A stretch of DNA of 64,000 bases. It comes from Eledone cirrhosa (Eukaryota). Position 1 is the first letter of the stretch; the number at the start of each line of letters is the position of its first letter. The stretch spans positions 56,420,001 to 56,484,000 of the forward strand of contig OZ024747.1 in assembly GCA_964016885.1 (NCBI GenBank), given 5' to 3'. The notes below the pieces were generated by a model, which had not been told where the DNA came from, did no database searches, and worked only from the letters and a program-made list of their open reading frames with translations. A program made the position numbers and the translations under genes. This document shows, in pieces, positions 12,142 to 24,911 of the stretch.

Positions 12142-12340
12142 CTAGTAGAAGGAAGCCACAGGAGATAGATAAAAGCCAAGGAAGACCTGGGTAGGGGTGG
12201 TAAATACTGATCTCAAATCACTGAAATTCACCGTAGGGGATGAAGGATCGCAACATATGCTGATGTGCTTAAAAGGACCTGTCATATGTATGCAAGCATA
12301 GAAAACCAGACATAAAAGTGATGATGATGATGATGATGAT
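12142..12340 (+). mobile_element. Old RTE LINE 3' fragment
   Basis: VEG..PRKTWVGVVNTDLKSLKFTV parallels the C-terminus of the 13225 RTE; ends gcaagcatagaaaaccagacataaaagt(GAT)n. Confidence 0.7.
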
Positions 12341-12989
12341 AAATTTGTAGTATAATCTGTCACTGCATGTGGTATATATTTACATACCAGTATATTCATA
12401 GTGTAAACTCTAATGTGGCCAACTTTGCATTTTAGCTATTCATGAACAATAAAATAAGTATTAGTAAACTACTGGGGTCTGCTCAATATATCAAGTTTCT
12501 ATCCCTAACTTTTTAGCTTTGTGCTTATGTATCATAATTCTTATTAAAATTTAAGCTCATAGTATATTGTATTGTGTGGTCCCAGATGCAATTATGACCT
12601 AGAATGAGAAGGACTGTGCCCCGGGGCACATTAATCAATGTAAAGCTGCTAGCTTTTCAGGTATTTCATGCCTCTTCTAAGGCTTCATTTCCTCCACTCC
12701 TCTACAGATAGACACTCAAAATATAAGGATCCCTAGTATCTGCATGGATACCGAGGTTTCAGTTTAGATAGTCATATGAATAATATGGCCCCCGGTGATG
12801 CCCGTGACCCCTTGCAGAAAGCTCTCCTTTAAAAGTTATACCCAGATCAGGGTTTTGATATCTGTCTTTTGATATCCATCCCTTTATCATCTGATTCCAG
12901 GTGGGTTTGTTATTACATTTCTTAGATATCCAGGTTCTATTACAAACAAATAACTACCAGCTGTATTCTTATATCAATTAGTATATATA

Positions 12990-13064
<75 letters not shown>

Positions 13065-13224
13065 CACAAACATGCACATACACAAATACAAAATTATTTA
13101 TGTGTGTGTGTATGTGTGTGCATGAACGTGTGGCTGTATGTGTGTGTATATATATATGTAAATATGTATATGATATATATATATGTAAATATGTATATGA
13201 TATATATATATATATATATATATA

Positions 13225-13940
13225 TCATCATCATCATCTTCATCATCATCATTTTATGTCCGCTCTTCCCTGTTTGCAAGGGTGGGACGGGTCTTATTCA
13301 GCACAGCATCTCTCCACTTGTCATGGTCCTTTGTTATCTCCACCGTGAGCTTCAGCGATCTGAGGTCTGTTCTCACCACCTCTGCCCATGTTTTTTGTGG
13401 TCTACCTCTACTACGTCTTCCTTCAACTGGCATCACATGTCCATACCATCTCAGTCTCCTCTCCCGTACCCTACATTCTATCCCTCTCAGACGCAGTTTC
13501 TCTCTCAATGCATTCATGCTGGGTCGTTCACGCACATTGACACTGCACATCCAATGGAGCATGCTTGCCTCATTTCTCTCCAGCCGTCACATATCCTCTG
13601 CAGTTGCTACCCATGTCTCACTACCATGCAGCACTGCGCTCCTCACACTGGCCTCATATAACCGGCCTTTCGTAAGCAGGGAGAAACCCTTCTTCGTCAG
13701 CAGAGGAAGCAGCTCTCTAAACTTCTTCCAACCCGTCCTTATTCTAGATACTATGGCCTCGAAACACTCCCCTCCCATGCTAATCTGACCTCCTAGGTAC
13801 CGGAAGCTAACCCCCACTTCTATAGCACTCGCCTACATTTGAAAAATGTGTCTATCAATGCGACTTCTACTGTCTAATTTCCCTGTACATCTACTGCATA
13901 CATATTTCTCCCTACCTGTTAGTTTGCCTGCTATCCCGCT
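13225..13940 (-). mobile_element. 5'-truncated RTE-clade LINE (RT C-terminal region, frameshifted)
   Basis: FRYLG..RIRTGWKKFRELLPLL..KGRLYEASVRSAVLHGSETW and MLHWMC..LREKL..RERRLRWYGHV..RGRPQKTW; (GAT)n tail in (TA)n. Confidence 0.92.
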
Positions 13941-13944
13941 ACAC

Positions 13945-13976
<32 letters not shown>

Positions 13977-13977
13977 G

Positions 13978-14008
<31 letters not shown>

Positions 14009-14130
14009 GTGATGTATTTTTACAAAATGAAAAATAACTGAGATATCCTACACGAGTGAAAGTATAAGGAAAAAAGATGAAATCAAAAATGGAACTGGAG
14101 TCTTTTTTTTTTAAATATATTTATTTGGTT

Positions 14131-14170
14131 CTTTTACCGGTTTCGCATTTCTTGTGCTTTTCAAAAGTAG
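14131..14170 (-). ncRNA. Variant hammerhead motif (U3-A8 core)
   Basis: Minus strand ctacTT-TTGAAAA-GCA caagaaa TGC-GAAA-CCGG-TA-AAag, then AATAAA (14125-14120); stem I weak. Confidence 0.45.
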
Positions 14171-14240
14171 AATTGAGATGGAGTGTTTGTGGTTTTTCTC
14201 ACATATATTTATATATATATATATGTGTGTGTGTGTATAT

Positions 14241-14522
14241 ATCATCATCATCATCATCATCATCATTTTACGTCCACTTTTCCCTGCTTGCAAGGGTGGG
14301 ACGGGAACTGATTCTGGCTTGATTTCTACAGCTGGATGCCCTCCCTAATACCAACCTCATTTACAGTGAGTGCTGGGTGCTTTTTTGCCGTGGCACCTCC
14401 ACGACCACTTTGCAGTGGAATGATAGGGACCCCAGACCCTATCATCTCATTTCTACAGCTGAATAAACTGGAGCAATGTGAAATAAAGTGTCTTGCTCAA
14501 GGAAACAACACATCACCCGGTC
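14241..14522 (-). mobile_element. Family C SINE lacking the tRNA head
   Basis: Tail, body and CORE match other copies; stops at acatcacccggtc. Confidence 0.88.
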
Positions 14523-14821
14523 ATAGTGGTGTTTCACTGTTTTCACTTGTTGGTTTGTTTTCGGTCAGATCACAACTGGGGTCTTCTTATAATTTAGCAG
14601 CTATTATCGCCATCTTGGTCAAGTTGTCACATGTATCCATACGTGTTGACCCATCTGCATGACTTGCGCTGGCACATGTTTTAAAGTAAGCATTAAGCAC
14701 ATAAGGCAATACAAGAATGCAGGGTTGATGAAATATAACCAATATAACCAATTCTGACTACGATACAAAGCTGATAAGAAAATAAAATAAAAAAGATAAA
14801 AGAATAGATTACAGACATATA

Positions 14822-15032
14822 ATAATAGTTTCTTATATAGGCACAAGACCAGCAATTTTGGGGGAGGAGAAAGTCAATTAAATCGACCCCAGTGTGTGAC
14901 TGGTACTTTATTTTATCGACCATGTAAGGATGAAAGGCAAAGCTAACCTCGGCGCGATTCGAACTCAGATTGTAAAGGGGTGTAACTCTTTCCTGCAAAG
15001 CATGGTGTCTTACGCTGTACCAATACTGCCAA
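14822..15032 (-). mobile_element. Family M SINE, long form
   Basis: gaaagtcaattaaatcgacccc..ggtactttattttatcgac..gattcgaactcag..aatactgccaa. Confidence 0.85.
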
Positions 15033-15089
15033 ACCAGTGAGATGGATGTAGTGGGTACATAGAATAAACACACACATATATATATATAT

Positions 15090-15470
15090 AACAGTCAGTA
15101 GGCATCTCTAACAAAATACACCCCCATCCCACCACCCCCACCTCATCCACACTGCCCCCTTTCAATGTAAAGTTATGTTGGTGCCACACCATCCAGACCG
15201 AAACAAATGAGATCGTGTAGGTGTCACGACAAAAAAACACACAGTCCACGCTGTAATGTGGCCGTGTAGGCAACACGGTAAAAACCTCCCAGACCCACAC
15301 TGTAAATGTGGTTGGTGTTAGGAAGAGCATCCAACTGTAGAAAACCTGCCAGATAGTCCTATGCGAGCAAGACAATCACTCTTGCCTCAAGTGGGAAAAC
15401 CCCCGTCCAAACCCATGCAAGCATGGAACACGGACGTTAAACATTGATGATGATGATGAAGATGATGATA
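15090..15470 (+). mobile_element. Family B element with C-rich non-tRNA 5' end
   Basis: Collinear with 52425-53075 and 17829-18215; ggttggtgttaggaagagcatcc body; ccatgcaagcatgg tail and (GAT)n. Confidence 0.8.
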
Positions 15471-15805
15471 AGGCCTGAAACACTCCCTTAAGTGTGGTAA
15501 CTTCTCTGAAGCTCTTTTGCTGTCCAGCTCTCCTTAAAGTTTCTTACGACTATGTAAAAAGATATATATATGCTGAAATACATATCTTCAGTTCAAATCC
15601 AGCTGAGATCAAATTATATTATCATTCAGTTTCTAAAAATTATTTCAATAATTTCCATTTTGGTCAACTAGAATTTATTGTAAGAATTCACCTTTATTTA
15701 TTATTACATAAGCTATTTGCCATGTATAAGTCTATCCATCTATCTAATTGTATACATAGTTACATATATATATATGTATGCATATATATATTTCTATATA
15801 TGCAT

Positions 15806-15885
<80 letters not shown>

Positions 15886-15990
15886 GTATATATGTATGTA
15901 TGTATGCATATATATATTTACATATATGCATACAAATATATACATATGTATATGTCTGTGTTGTGTGTATATATATATATATACACACAC

Positions 15991-16049
<59 letters not shown>

Positions 16050-16348
16050 TGTAGATATATTCATACAACCATACCTACATACCTACATACATACATACAT
16101 GTATACAGATAAACAGACATGCAGGAATGCAGAGATGCAAGTATGCAGCGATATGCAAAAATACTTGCATGTTTGCTCCAAAGCATACAATAATACATAA
16201 AAGATTTTTTTTTATGTAATGGGAAGCTGCATATTGGCAATGGCTGGACACTAGATGGGTTTCTGAAATGATTATAGGACGGACTGTGTGAAATGCTTTA
16301 AACATGCACATATACAAACACCCTTCTTTATGCTCACATATACACATA

Positions 16349-16394
<46 letters not shown>

Positions 16395-16492
16395 CAAATG
16401 CATGCAATATAAGTATGTGTGTAGGTACAGTATCTGAATTTATAATCAGTTACACACATTCATGTTCAACCTTGTATATATATACATATATT

Positions 16493-16529
<37 letters not shown>

Positions 16530-16939
16530 TTATATATCAGGGGCGAAGGGTCTGTGCATGCAACGCATGCAGTGCATGCGTTATAGAATCTTGAGTTGAT
16601 CAATTGCGTTGGGTGAAGCAAGCAGAATTTTGGCTGCTTACTAAAATGTATAGACACAAAAAAAGATAACACACACACACACATACACACAAACACAAAC
16701 ACATACACACAAACACACGACAGATTTGGGGCAAGCAGAAGTTTGACTTCTTACTAAATCGTAGACACATAAAAAGATATCACACACACACACACACACA
16801 CTAGATAACACTACATGCAGCTTTGACCGGGAGGGTCATTTAGAGGGAATTTGGGAAATCTGGGAAAACTACACAGCCCCACTTTCCGGCATGGCGTTTG
16901 GACTGCATGCCCTGCATTCCAGGTTACCCTTTGCCACTG

Positions 16940-16973
<34 letters not shown>

Positions 16974-16974
<1 letters not shown>

Positions 16975-17014
16975 TAGATGAGATTCTACAGGACTCCTGT
17001 AGAATCTCATCTAT
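16974..17014. repeat. Perfect palindrome, 20-bp arms, 1-nt loop
   Basis: atagatgagattctacagga-c-tcctgtagaatctcatctat. Confidence 0.95.
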
Positions 17015-17093
17015 ATTAAAACTTTTATACTCTGCTATGTATTGAGTACCTTACTTACTGTGGTTACCTCCGATTCAACCCGGAATAACGTAC

Positions 17094-17750
<657 letters not shown>

Positions 17751-17828
17751 AGGAGAGAGATATATAAATGATGAGATATATAAATAGATGCTAGGATTAT
17801 CTAATATACAGACACTCACATATATATA

Positions 17829-18215
17829 TCATCATTATCATCATCATCATCGTTTAATGTCTATCTACCACCCTAGCATGGGTTAGATGTGTTTGTCCCA
17901 TTTGAGGCAAGTTTGGTCGGGTGACCGAGTGTCGCTCGTATAGGACTGTTTCTTGCTGATTTTGTACCAGTGTTTGCCCTTCCTAGTGCCAACCACATTT
18001 ACAGTGTGTGCTAGGTGCTTTTTTCCGTGTCTCCTACAGGACCCCTTTACAGTATGGAAAGGTTGCTTTTTGACATGACACCTACAAGATCACTTTACAG
18101 TGTGGACTGGATGTTTTGTTGTACCAACATAACTTTACAGAATAAGGGTGGTGCGGGCAGAAGTGGGAGGTGTAGGTGGTGTGGGCTGTATATTGGATTA
18201 AGAGGTGTCTACTGT
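17829..18215 (-). mobile_element. Family B-type element with alternative (ctagcatgg) tail
   Basis: (CAT)n, ctagcatgggttaga, gcccttcctagtgccaacc, three ~43-bp subrepeats and the complement of the C-rich 5' end. Confidence 0.7.
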
Positions 18216-18589
18216 TTATGTATATATTTATTTACCACATCATAACATATAGCATTCATCCCTTGCAATTCATGTTGAGACTTATCACCGCTTCTGCATC
18301 ACCACACCAATAGAGTTAATGTTACATCAAGCTCATATGAGGTTTTATTGCTATATTTTAACATGGCAGTTGATTTGTGATTGATTAATTAACTGTAGTC
18401 TAATAAATTCAATTCCTGTGATGCACAGTAAGAACTGTATTTTGTATGGCAACCTTCTCTTGGGTCTTGCTTGAATAATCATCATCCTCCTCTCCTGCTT
18501 ATTAAATTTCCAGATGCCCACCCCTCCGTTTATTAAATTTTGCTAATCTATCCCTGGTGAATTTAATTTTAAGTATTAGCATTCCTATG

Positions 18590-18638
<49 letters not shown>

Positions 18639-18857
18639 TAAAATATGCATATTTATTAAAAATCGCTGCTTTCACCCTTAACGGGATCTTTAATCTGTTA
18701 TTTTAATAAATATTTACTCTAGGGTTCTTATATATTTGATATATATTTTTCCTTATCGAGCCCTCTTTGGATTTTAGTCTTCAAATTTATTATTATTAAT
18801 ATATATATACATATATATATTTGAAAAAGGGAAAAGAATAACTTCACTTGTAGTTCT

Positions 18858-18990
18858 AAACAATTTAATTTTTTAATATTATAATTTTACAATTTGGTTT
18901 TGTAGATCTAGTAAGTTCTTTCTTAACTTCGGTGGGGAGATTAAAAAAAAAAAAATTGTAAAATTGTAATATTATAAAATTAAATTGTTT
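18858..18990. repeat. AT-rich inverted repeat, ~38-bp arms
   Basis: aaacaatttaattttttaatattataattttacaattt versus aaattgtaaaattgtaatattataaaattaaattgttt. Confidence 0.75.
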
Positions 18991-19074
18991 ATTATATACT
19001 ATATTATTTATTATATATAAATTAACGACTTTATTTATTATATATTATTTACATTTGCATATAGAACCTCTGAT

Positions 19075-19200
19075 TTAGACCATTTACTGCATATTCATCA
19101 ACAAATGACATTTGTACATTATTCTATGTACTATACATGAACCTTTGATGAGTTGTAGTGCACCTGAGCACTGTACACAATAATTTTCATTATTATTATC
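19075..19200 (+). mobile_element. CR1-like LINE 3' UTR fragment
   Basis: gacatttgtacattattctatgtactatacat matches the UTR behind the CR1 ORF at 28140-28200 (minus); ends (ATT)n. Confidence 0.6.
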
Positions 19201-19224
19201 ATTCATCATTACTATTATAAATTA

Positions 19225-19382
19225 GCCACCATGCTTTCCAGCAAAGACTTATGTCCCTTTCCGGTCTGAGTTCAAATCCCGCCGAGGTTAACTTTGCCTA
19301 TCATCTTTATGGGGTCGATAGAATAAAGTACCAGTAATGCACTGGGATAATTGATGGTCTTATACCAAATGTAGAAACAATT
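19225..19382 (+). mobile_element. Family M SINE, short form, 5'-truncated
   Basis: gagttcaaatcccgccgaggttaactttgcc..gtagaaacaattatt. Confidence 0.88.
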
Positions 19383-19439
19383 ATTATTATAAATTAGCTG
19401 TAAGGAATATTCCCTTTCAATTCTGGTTTTGTTTTTCAG

Positions 19440-19475
19440 GTGGAACTTGAAAATGTTGAGTACTTGACCCAAATG
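19440..19475 (+). CDS. Candidate 36-nt internal coding exon, VELENVEYLTQM
   Basis: Acceptor ttctggttttgtttttcag|G, donor ATG|gtaagt, length divisible by 3, only phase 0 is stop-free, non-repetitive sequence. Protein not recognised. Confidence 0.6.
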
Positions 19476-19637
19476 GTAAGTGCCTGTTTTTAAACCTTTC
19501 AATCTCAATCACCACACAACCTCTTTTCCTATTGCTACCAGTCAATTAAAAACATCTGCCTTTCTCAACCAAATGATGGAAGTAGATTAATCTATGTTAT
19601 GGACACAGTTGATAGCTGGATCCATCCTACACATAAT

Positions 19638-19750
19638 TATTTCTACTATTGGCACAAGGCCAGCAATTACCCAGTACATTACTGGTACTTTATTTTATCG
19701 ACCCCCGTAAGGATGAAAGGCAAAGTTAACTTCGACGGGATTTGAACTCA
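19638..19750 (-). mobile_element. Family M SINE, truncated, with TSD
   Basis: Flanks atccatcctacacataat / atccaacctacacataat. Confidence 0.88.
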
Positions 19751-19854
19751 AATCCAACCTACACATAATAGCAGGTGTTCACCAAAACTCAACAAGTCAG
19801 CAAAGCTTAGTCACAGGTGTCATTAATAAATAGAGTGTCTGAGGATGGGTGTTT

Positions 19855-20125
19855 GATTCAGGATTTAGACTTTGGGGAGATCCATGGCACTTCAGGTTTG
19901 GGGGGGGCCCCCTCACACACAAAAATTATAATACACAGCAAAACCTCCAATTTTACATATCAAAGTTAGTTTGGCACAAGTAATTGGAACTGAAAAGTTA
20001 TACATACAGGTATTGAATTCAAAAATTCTGACCATCCTAAAACTAAAAAGCCCAGCTGAGGGCAAAATTAATTACAGGGAGTCAGGGACAATTACCCCCT
20101 TTTCTCCCCATTAAATCTGGTCCTG
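19855..20125. mobile_element. Possible hAT-type MITE, degenerate
   Basis: Ends ..ggatttaga / ttaaatctggtcctg resemble the MITE at 57624; internal ggggcccc. Confidence 0.4.
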
Positions 20126-20344
20126 GGTGGATTGACAGAATTGGCAGCATTAGAAAAGTCACCTTGGGAACATCTATCTTGGCCCTTTATATTCTGAGTC
20201 CAAATCCTGCTGAGGTCAACTTTGCCCTTCATCCTTTTGAGGTTAATAAAATATAATCCCATTCACATACTAGAGTCTAGGGGTCCATGTAATTGACATT
20301 TCCCTCTCCCCAGATTGCTGACCTTGTGCTTAAATTAAAAATCA

Positions 20345-20377
20345 TTGTCATCACTATTATTATCATCATCACTATCC

Positions 20378-20419
<42 letters not shown>

Positions 20420-20496
20420 GTGCCATCATCATCATCATCATCATCTTCACCATCCTCATTACTATCATTATCAATGTTATCATTATCATTATCAAT

Positions 20497-20566
<70 letters not shown>

Positions 20567-20570
20567 GTGC

Positions 20571-20619
<49 letters not shown>

Positions 20620-20623
20620 TTTG

Positions 20624-20667
<44 letters not shown>

Positions 20668-20671
20668 TTTG

Positions 20672-20707
<36 letters not shown>

Positions 20708-20720
20708 ATGTTATCACCAT
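20345..20720. repeat. (CAT)n microsatellite between two inverted family M SINEs
   Basis: Direct reading; degenerate + copy at ~20125-20345 and - copy at 20739-20922. Confidence 0.95.
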
Positions 20721-20738
20721 CACAGTTCTCTTAATAAT

Positions 20739-20922
20739 TGTTTCTACTTTTGGCACAAGGCCAGCAATTACCCAGTGCATTACTGGTACTTTATTTTATC
20801 AACCCTGTAAGAATGAAAGGCAAAGTCAACCTCGGCGGGATTTGAACTCAGATAGTAAAGGGACGTAACTGTGCATCAAAGCATGGCGTCCGACCCTCTA
20901 CCGATACTGCCAATCCACCGCC
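20739..20922 (-). mobile_element. Full-length family M SINE with 18-bp TSD
   Basis: cacagttctcttaataat at 20721-20738 and 20932-20949. Confidence 0.92.
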
Positions 20923-21234
20923 TTAATAATCCACAGTTCTCTTAATAATAATGGTCATTGCCATCATCACCACCCACAGCTATCCCCCCCCCACTCCACC
21001 ACACGCCCACCTCACCACACGCCCACCTCACCGCACCCATCCAACCCATCCCTACACATCCCAGTACCGGACCCAACAACAACAACAACAAGTATTATGC
21101 ATAGATATTTGATACAGTTGCTTCCATTCTGAAAATATTACACAGACATGCAAGAACTTTTGATATAGATGTATATCATTGTACTAATGGATATGTGCAG
21201 TGTATGTATATGTATGTATATGTATGTATATGTA

Positions 21235-21263
21235 TGTATATATGCTTATATGCATCACACTGC

Positions 21264-21296
<33 letters not shown>

Positions 21297-21362
21297 AGCG
21301 TATGTGCATGTATATGTATATCTATGTATATGTATAAATATATGCTTATATGCATCACACTG

Positions 21363-21413
<51 letters not shown>

Positions 21414-21480
21414 TAGCGTATGTGCATGTATATGTATATCTATGTATATGTATAAATATATGCTTATATGCATCACACTG

Positions 21481-21531
<51 letters not shown>

Positions 21532-21598
21532 TAGCGTATGTGCATGTATATGTATATCTATGTATATGTATGAATATATGCTTATATACATCACACTG

Positions 21599-21648
<50 letters not shown>

Positions 21649-21833
21649 CTAACATATGTGCATGTATATGTATATCTATGTATATGTATGAATATATGCT
21701 TATATGCATCACACTGTATATACATACATATATATGTATATATATATATATATATATTTATACTAACATATGTGCATGTATATGTATATCTATGTATATG
21801 TATAAATATATGCTTATATGCATCACACTGTAT

Positions 21834-21872
<39 letters not shown>

Positions 21873-21940
21873 CTAACGTATGTGCATGTATATGTATATC
21901 TATGTACATGTATGAATATATGCTTATATGCATCACACTG
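21235..21940. repeat. ~118-bp minisatellite, about 6 units, each with a variable (TA)n
   Basis: Repeating atatgcttatatgcatcacactgtatataca(TA)n ctarcrtatgtgcatgtatatgtatatctatg. Confidence 0.92.
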
Positions 21941-22172
21941 TTAATGAGTATACACACCCACATATATATATATATATATACTAATATCTCAGTATGTATG
22001 ATTGTGTGTGTATATTTGTTTATCTATGTGTATCACAGGTTTGATGTATGTGTCTATCTGTGTATGTCGATGTGTGTGTATGTTTATGTCGGCATGTTAT
22101 ATTGGAATAGAGTTTTTGTAATATAATCTATTATTTTACTACGCACATGCAAAATATATACACATATACGCG

Positions 22173-22203
<31 letters not shown>

Positions 22204-22303
22204 TCTCTCTCTCACTTTCTCTATCCCATTTTTTTTATTTTGTGCTCTCCCTTCTCTCTTTCTCTTTCTCTCTCTCTCTCTTTCTCTCTCTATATAAATA
22301 TAT

Positions 22304-22346
<43 letters not shown>

Positions 22347-22568
22347 TACACACAAACACACACATATATATATATATAAATATATACATATATATATGTG
22401 TGTGTGTGTGTATGGGTACAGGCATGTCTGTCTAATATGAAATTTATTTTGCAAATCATTAGCTTCTGGTTCTAACTACATACATCTAGGGCAGGTGTCT
22501 CATACTAAAGCTACAGATACCTTGTCAGTGAAATTTGATTGATACATGTACACAATATATATATATAT

Positions 22569-22739
22569 ACTGTAAATGTGGTTGGTGTTAGGAAGGGCAT
22601 CCAACCATAGAAAACCTGCCAGATAGTCCTATACGAGCGAGACACGGTCACCCAACCAATCTTTCCCCAAGTGGGATAATTCCCGTCTAACCCATGCTAG
22701 CATGGAAGATAGATGTTAAACGATGATGATGATGATGAT
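22569..22739 (+). mobile_element. RTE-tailed element 3' part (ccatgctagcatgg tail)
   Basis: ggttggtgttaggaagggcatcc..ccgtctaacccatgctagcatggaagatag..(GAT)n. Confidence 0.82.
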
Positions 22740-22786
22740 ATATATACATATATACATAGATAGATAGATAGATATAGATATATATG

Positions 22787-23166
22787 CATCATCATCATTT
22801 CATCATTTCATTTTACGTCCGCTTTTTCCCTGCTTGCAAGGGTGGGACGGGAACTGATTTTGGCTTGATTTCTACAGCTGGATGCCCTTCCTAACACCAA
22901 CCTCATTTACAGTGAGTGCTGGGTGCTTTTTTGCCGTTGCGCCTACACGTCCACTTTACAGTGTGGGCTGGGTGTTTTTTTACCGTGGCACCTCCACGAC
23001 CACTTTGCAGTGGAATGATAGGGACACTAGTCCCATCATCTCATTTCTACTTCTGAGTAAACTGGAGCAATGTGAAATAAAGTGTCTTGCTCAAGGACAC
23101 AACACATCACCCGGTCTGAGAACTGAACTCACAACCTTTCGATTGTAAGGCCAATGCTCTAACCAC
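22787..23166 (-). mobile_element. Family C SINE with one extra ~43-bp body subrepeat
   Basis: Extra ccactttacagtgtgggctgggtgttttttaccgtggc unit relative to 7801 and 11567 copies. Confidence 0.9.
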
Positions 23167-23185
23167 TTATATGTATATAATATAA

Positions 23186-23241
<56 letters not shown>

Positions 23242-23753
23242 CCATATGCATTTATGTGTATTTGTATGTCCATGTGAATTTATATGTTTTATGAATATAT
23301 GCGTCTATAGTTATACAAATATCTGACTGCGTGTTTGAAAAGTTGTCTTTCCTGATATGAGGTTTCAGGTTTAATCCTCTTGTATATTGATTTGAGCAAG
23401 AAGTTTTAGATTAACTCATTCCAGGTAGCAGAGATTTCTTTGTGGGAAACAATGGAAAGTATTTAGTATATTATGTATGTACAGCGCCATAGACCCTGAT
23501 GGCAAGGTAATGTTGGCATAATGACATAAACCATGCCTTGGGCATTTTTGTATATTATGTAGACCCATAGATACTGATGGAGAAGTAATGTTGCCATAGT
23601 AACATATAGCATGCCTTGAGGATTTTAAACTTAGCAGAGCCCATCTTCTCTCCTGATCTAAACAGAGCTGATTTCTTCCGGAGTGAGTGATAGGGAGGAA
23701 GTGGGAAAGAAATATATAGTTAAAAACAACCCTAGTTCTAGTCTGGTAAGTAT

Positions 23754-24110
23754 TCTTCTTCTTCGCCCACTCATTCCTGATAGGGTCATGGGAGCAGAGT
23801 CCTCAAACACTCCTCCCAGTTAATCCTGTCAGAAGCAACCATCTCCAACTGATCTGGCTGAATCCCAAAGCGAGTTCAGCCAAGCTAATGGATGATATCC
23901 AACCATCTTGCTCGGTGTCTACCTCTGGGTCTCCTACCAGTTGGTTTTGCCCATAAAATCTGTCCAGCAATTCTTTCCTGAGACATTCTAAACACATGTC
24001 CATAGTATCAGAGTTGTGGTCTCTATTTTGGAAGAAGTAGTGGTTCTACCTGGAGCAACTCTCTGATCTCTGAGCTACACACTTTATTGAGTAACATTAC
24101 TCCAGGTCTG
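23754..24110 (-). mobile_element. Expander/Rex3-like RTE 3' fragment with (GAA)n tail
   Basis: Minus strand YGHVFRMSQERIAGQILWAKPTGRRPRGRHRARWLD; same family as 51912 and 57575. Confidence 0.82.
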
Positions 24111-24148
24111 GTGAGTAGAATGTAAATTTTATTTTCCAAGTATATAAC

Positions 24149-24333
24149 TGTTTCTACTTTAGGCACAAGGCCAGCAATTACCCAGTACATTACTGGTACT
24201 TTATTTTATCGACCCCGTAAGAATGAAAGGCAAAGTTAACCTTGGCGGGATTTGAACTCAGACTGTAAAGGGACGTAACTATGCTAGAAAGCATGGCGTC
24301 CAACCCTCTACCGATACTGCCAATTCACTGCCC
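24149..24333 (-). mobile_element. Full-length family M SINE with TSD
   Basis: caagtatataac on both sides. Confidence 0.92.
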
Positions 24334-24698
24334 TTTTTCAAGTATATAACAAGTTTCCACACAGCTCTGTCAATCAAATTTCATTCACAAAATATTTGTC
24401 AATCTACAGTTGCAGAAGGGGAGAGACTTGCTTAAGGTAGCAAACTGAGGGTCTAACTACCAGACTATGTGACTGCAAAGCAAACTCCTTAACGATGCAG
24501 ATTGTTTTACAATACAGATTTTGCATTTCAGTTTGTGGTCTGAGGTTCAACTCTTACTTTAGTTCTGGTGAAAACAATTGTAAACTGTTCTAGTGTAATC
24601 TTCCCTAGAATCAAATGTATGTATGAATGGACCCTATAACTCCCAATGAGGGTCATTAGGGCACTGTAGTGACATACAACATCTCTTGGTCATTTTAA

Positions 24699-24911
24699 CC
24701 TGTTAACCTTTACATTACTCTATATTTACTATTGTATTTTTGTGGTAAAGGCTTCGTCTTACATAATTATCACACATAATATTGAATCTACAAGATTTTG
24801 ATGTTATTTAATTTGAGAACAATACCTAACCCTAACATCAGTATCAGCGGTTAGTTATGGCCAGTTTGAATAGAAAGAGGTTAGGATATGGCTGGTTTAA
24901 ATTCTAAAGGG
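24699..24911. mobile_element. TTAA MITE copy
   Basis: ttaa-cctgttaacctttacattactc..ctaaaggg-ttaa; collinear with 4441-4661. Confidence 0.8.

Noticed and set aside
18649-18713. Hammerhead-like fold on minus strand (TTAAAGA-tCCC gttaa GGGt-GAAAGC)
   Set aside because: Core has lost C3 and G5 and has no UH site; at most a dead relic, though it shares the U/U stem II base with 36981.
23467-23619. Diverged ~83-bp direct duplication (similar case at 16617-16800)
   Set aside because: Ordinary local tandem duplication with no further structure.
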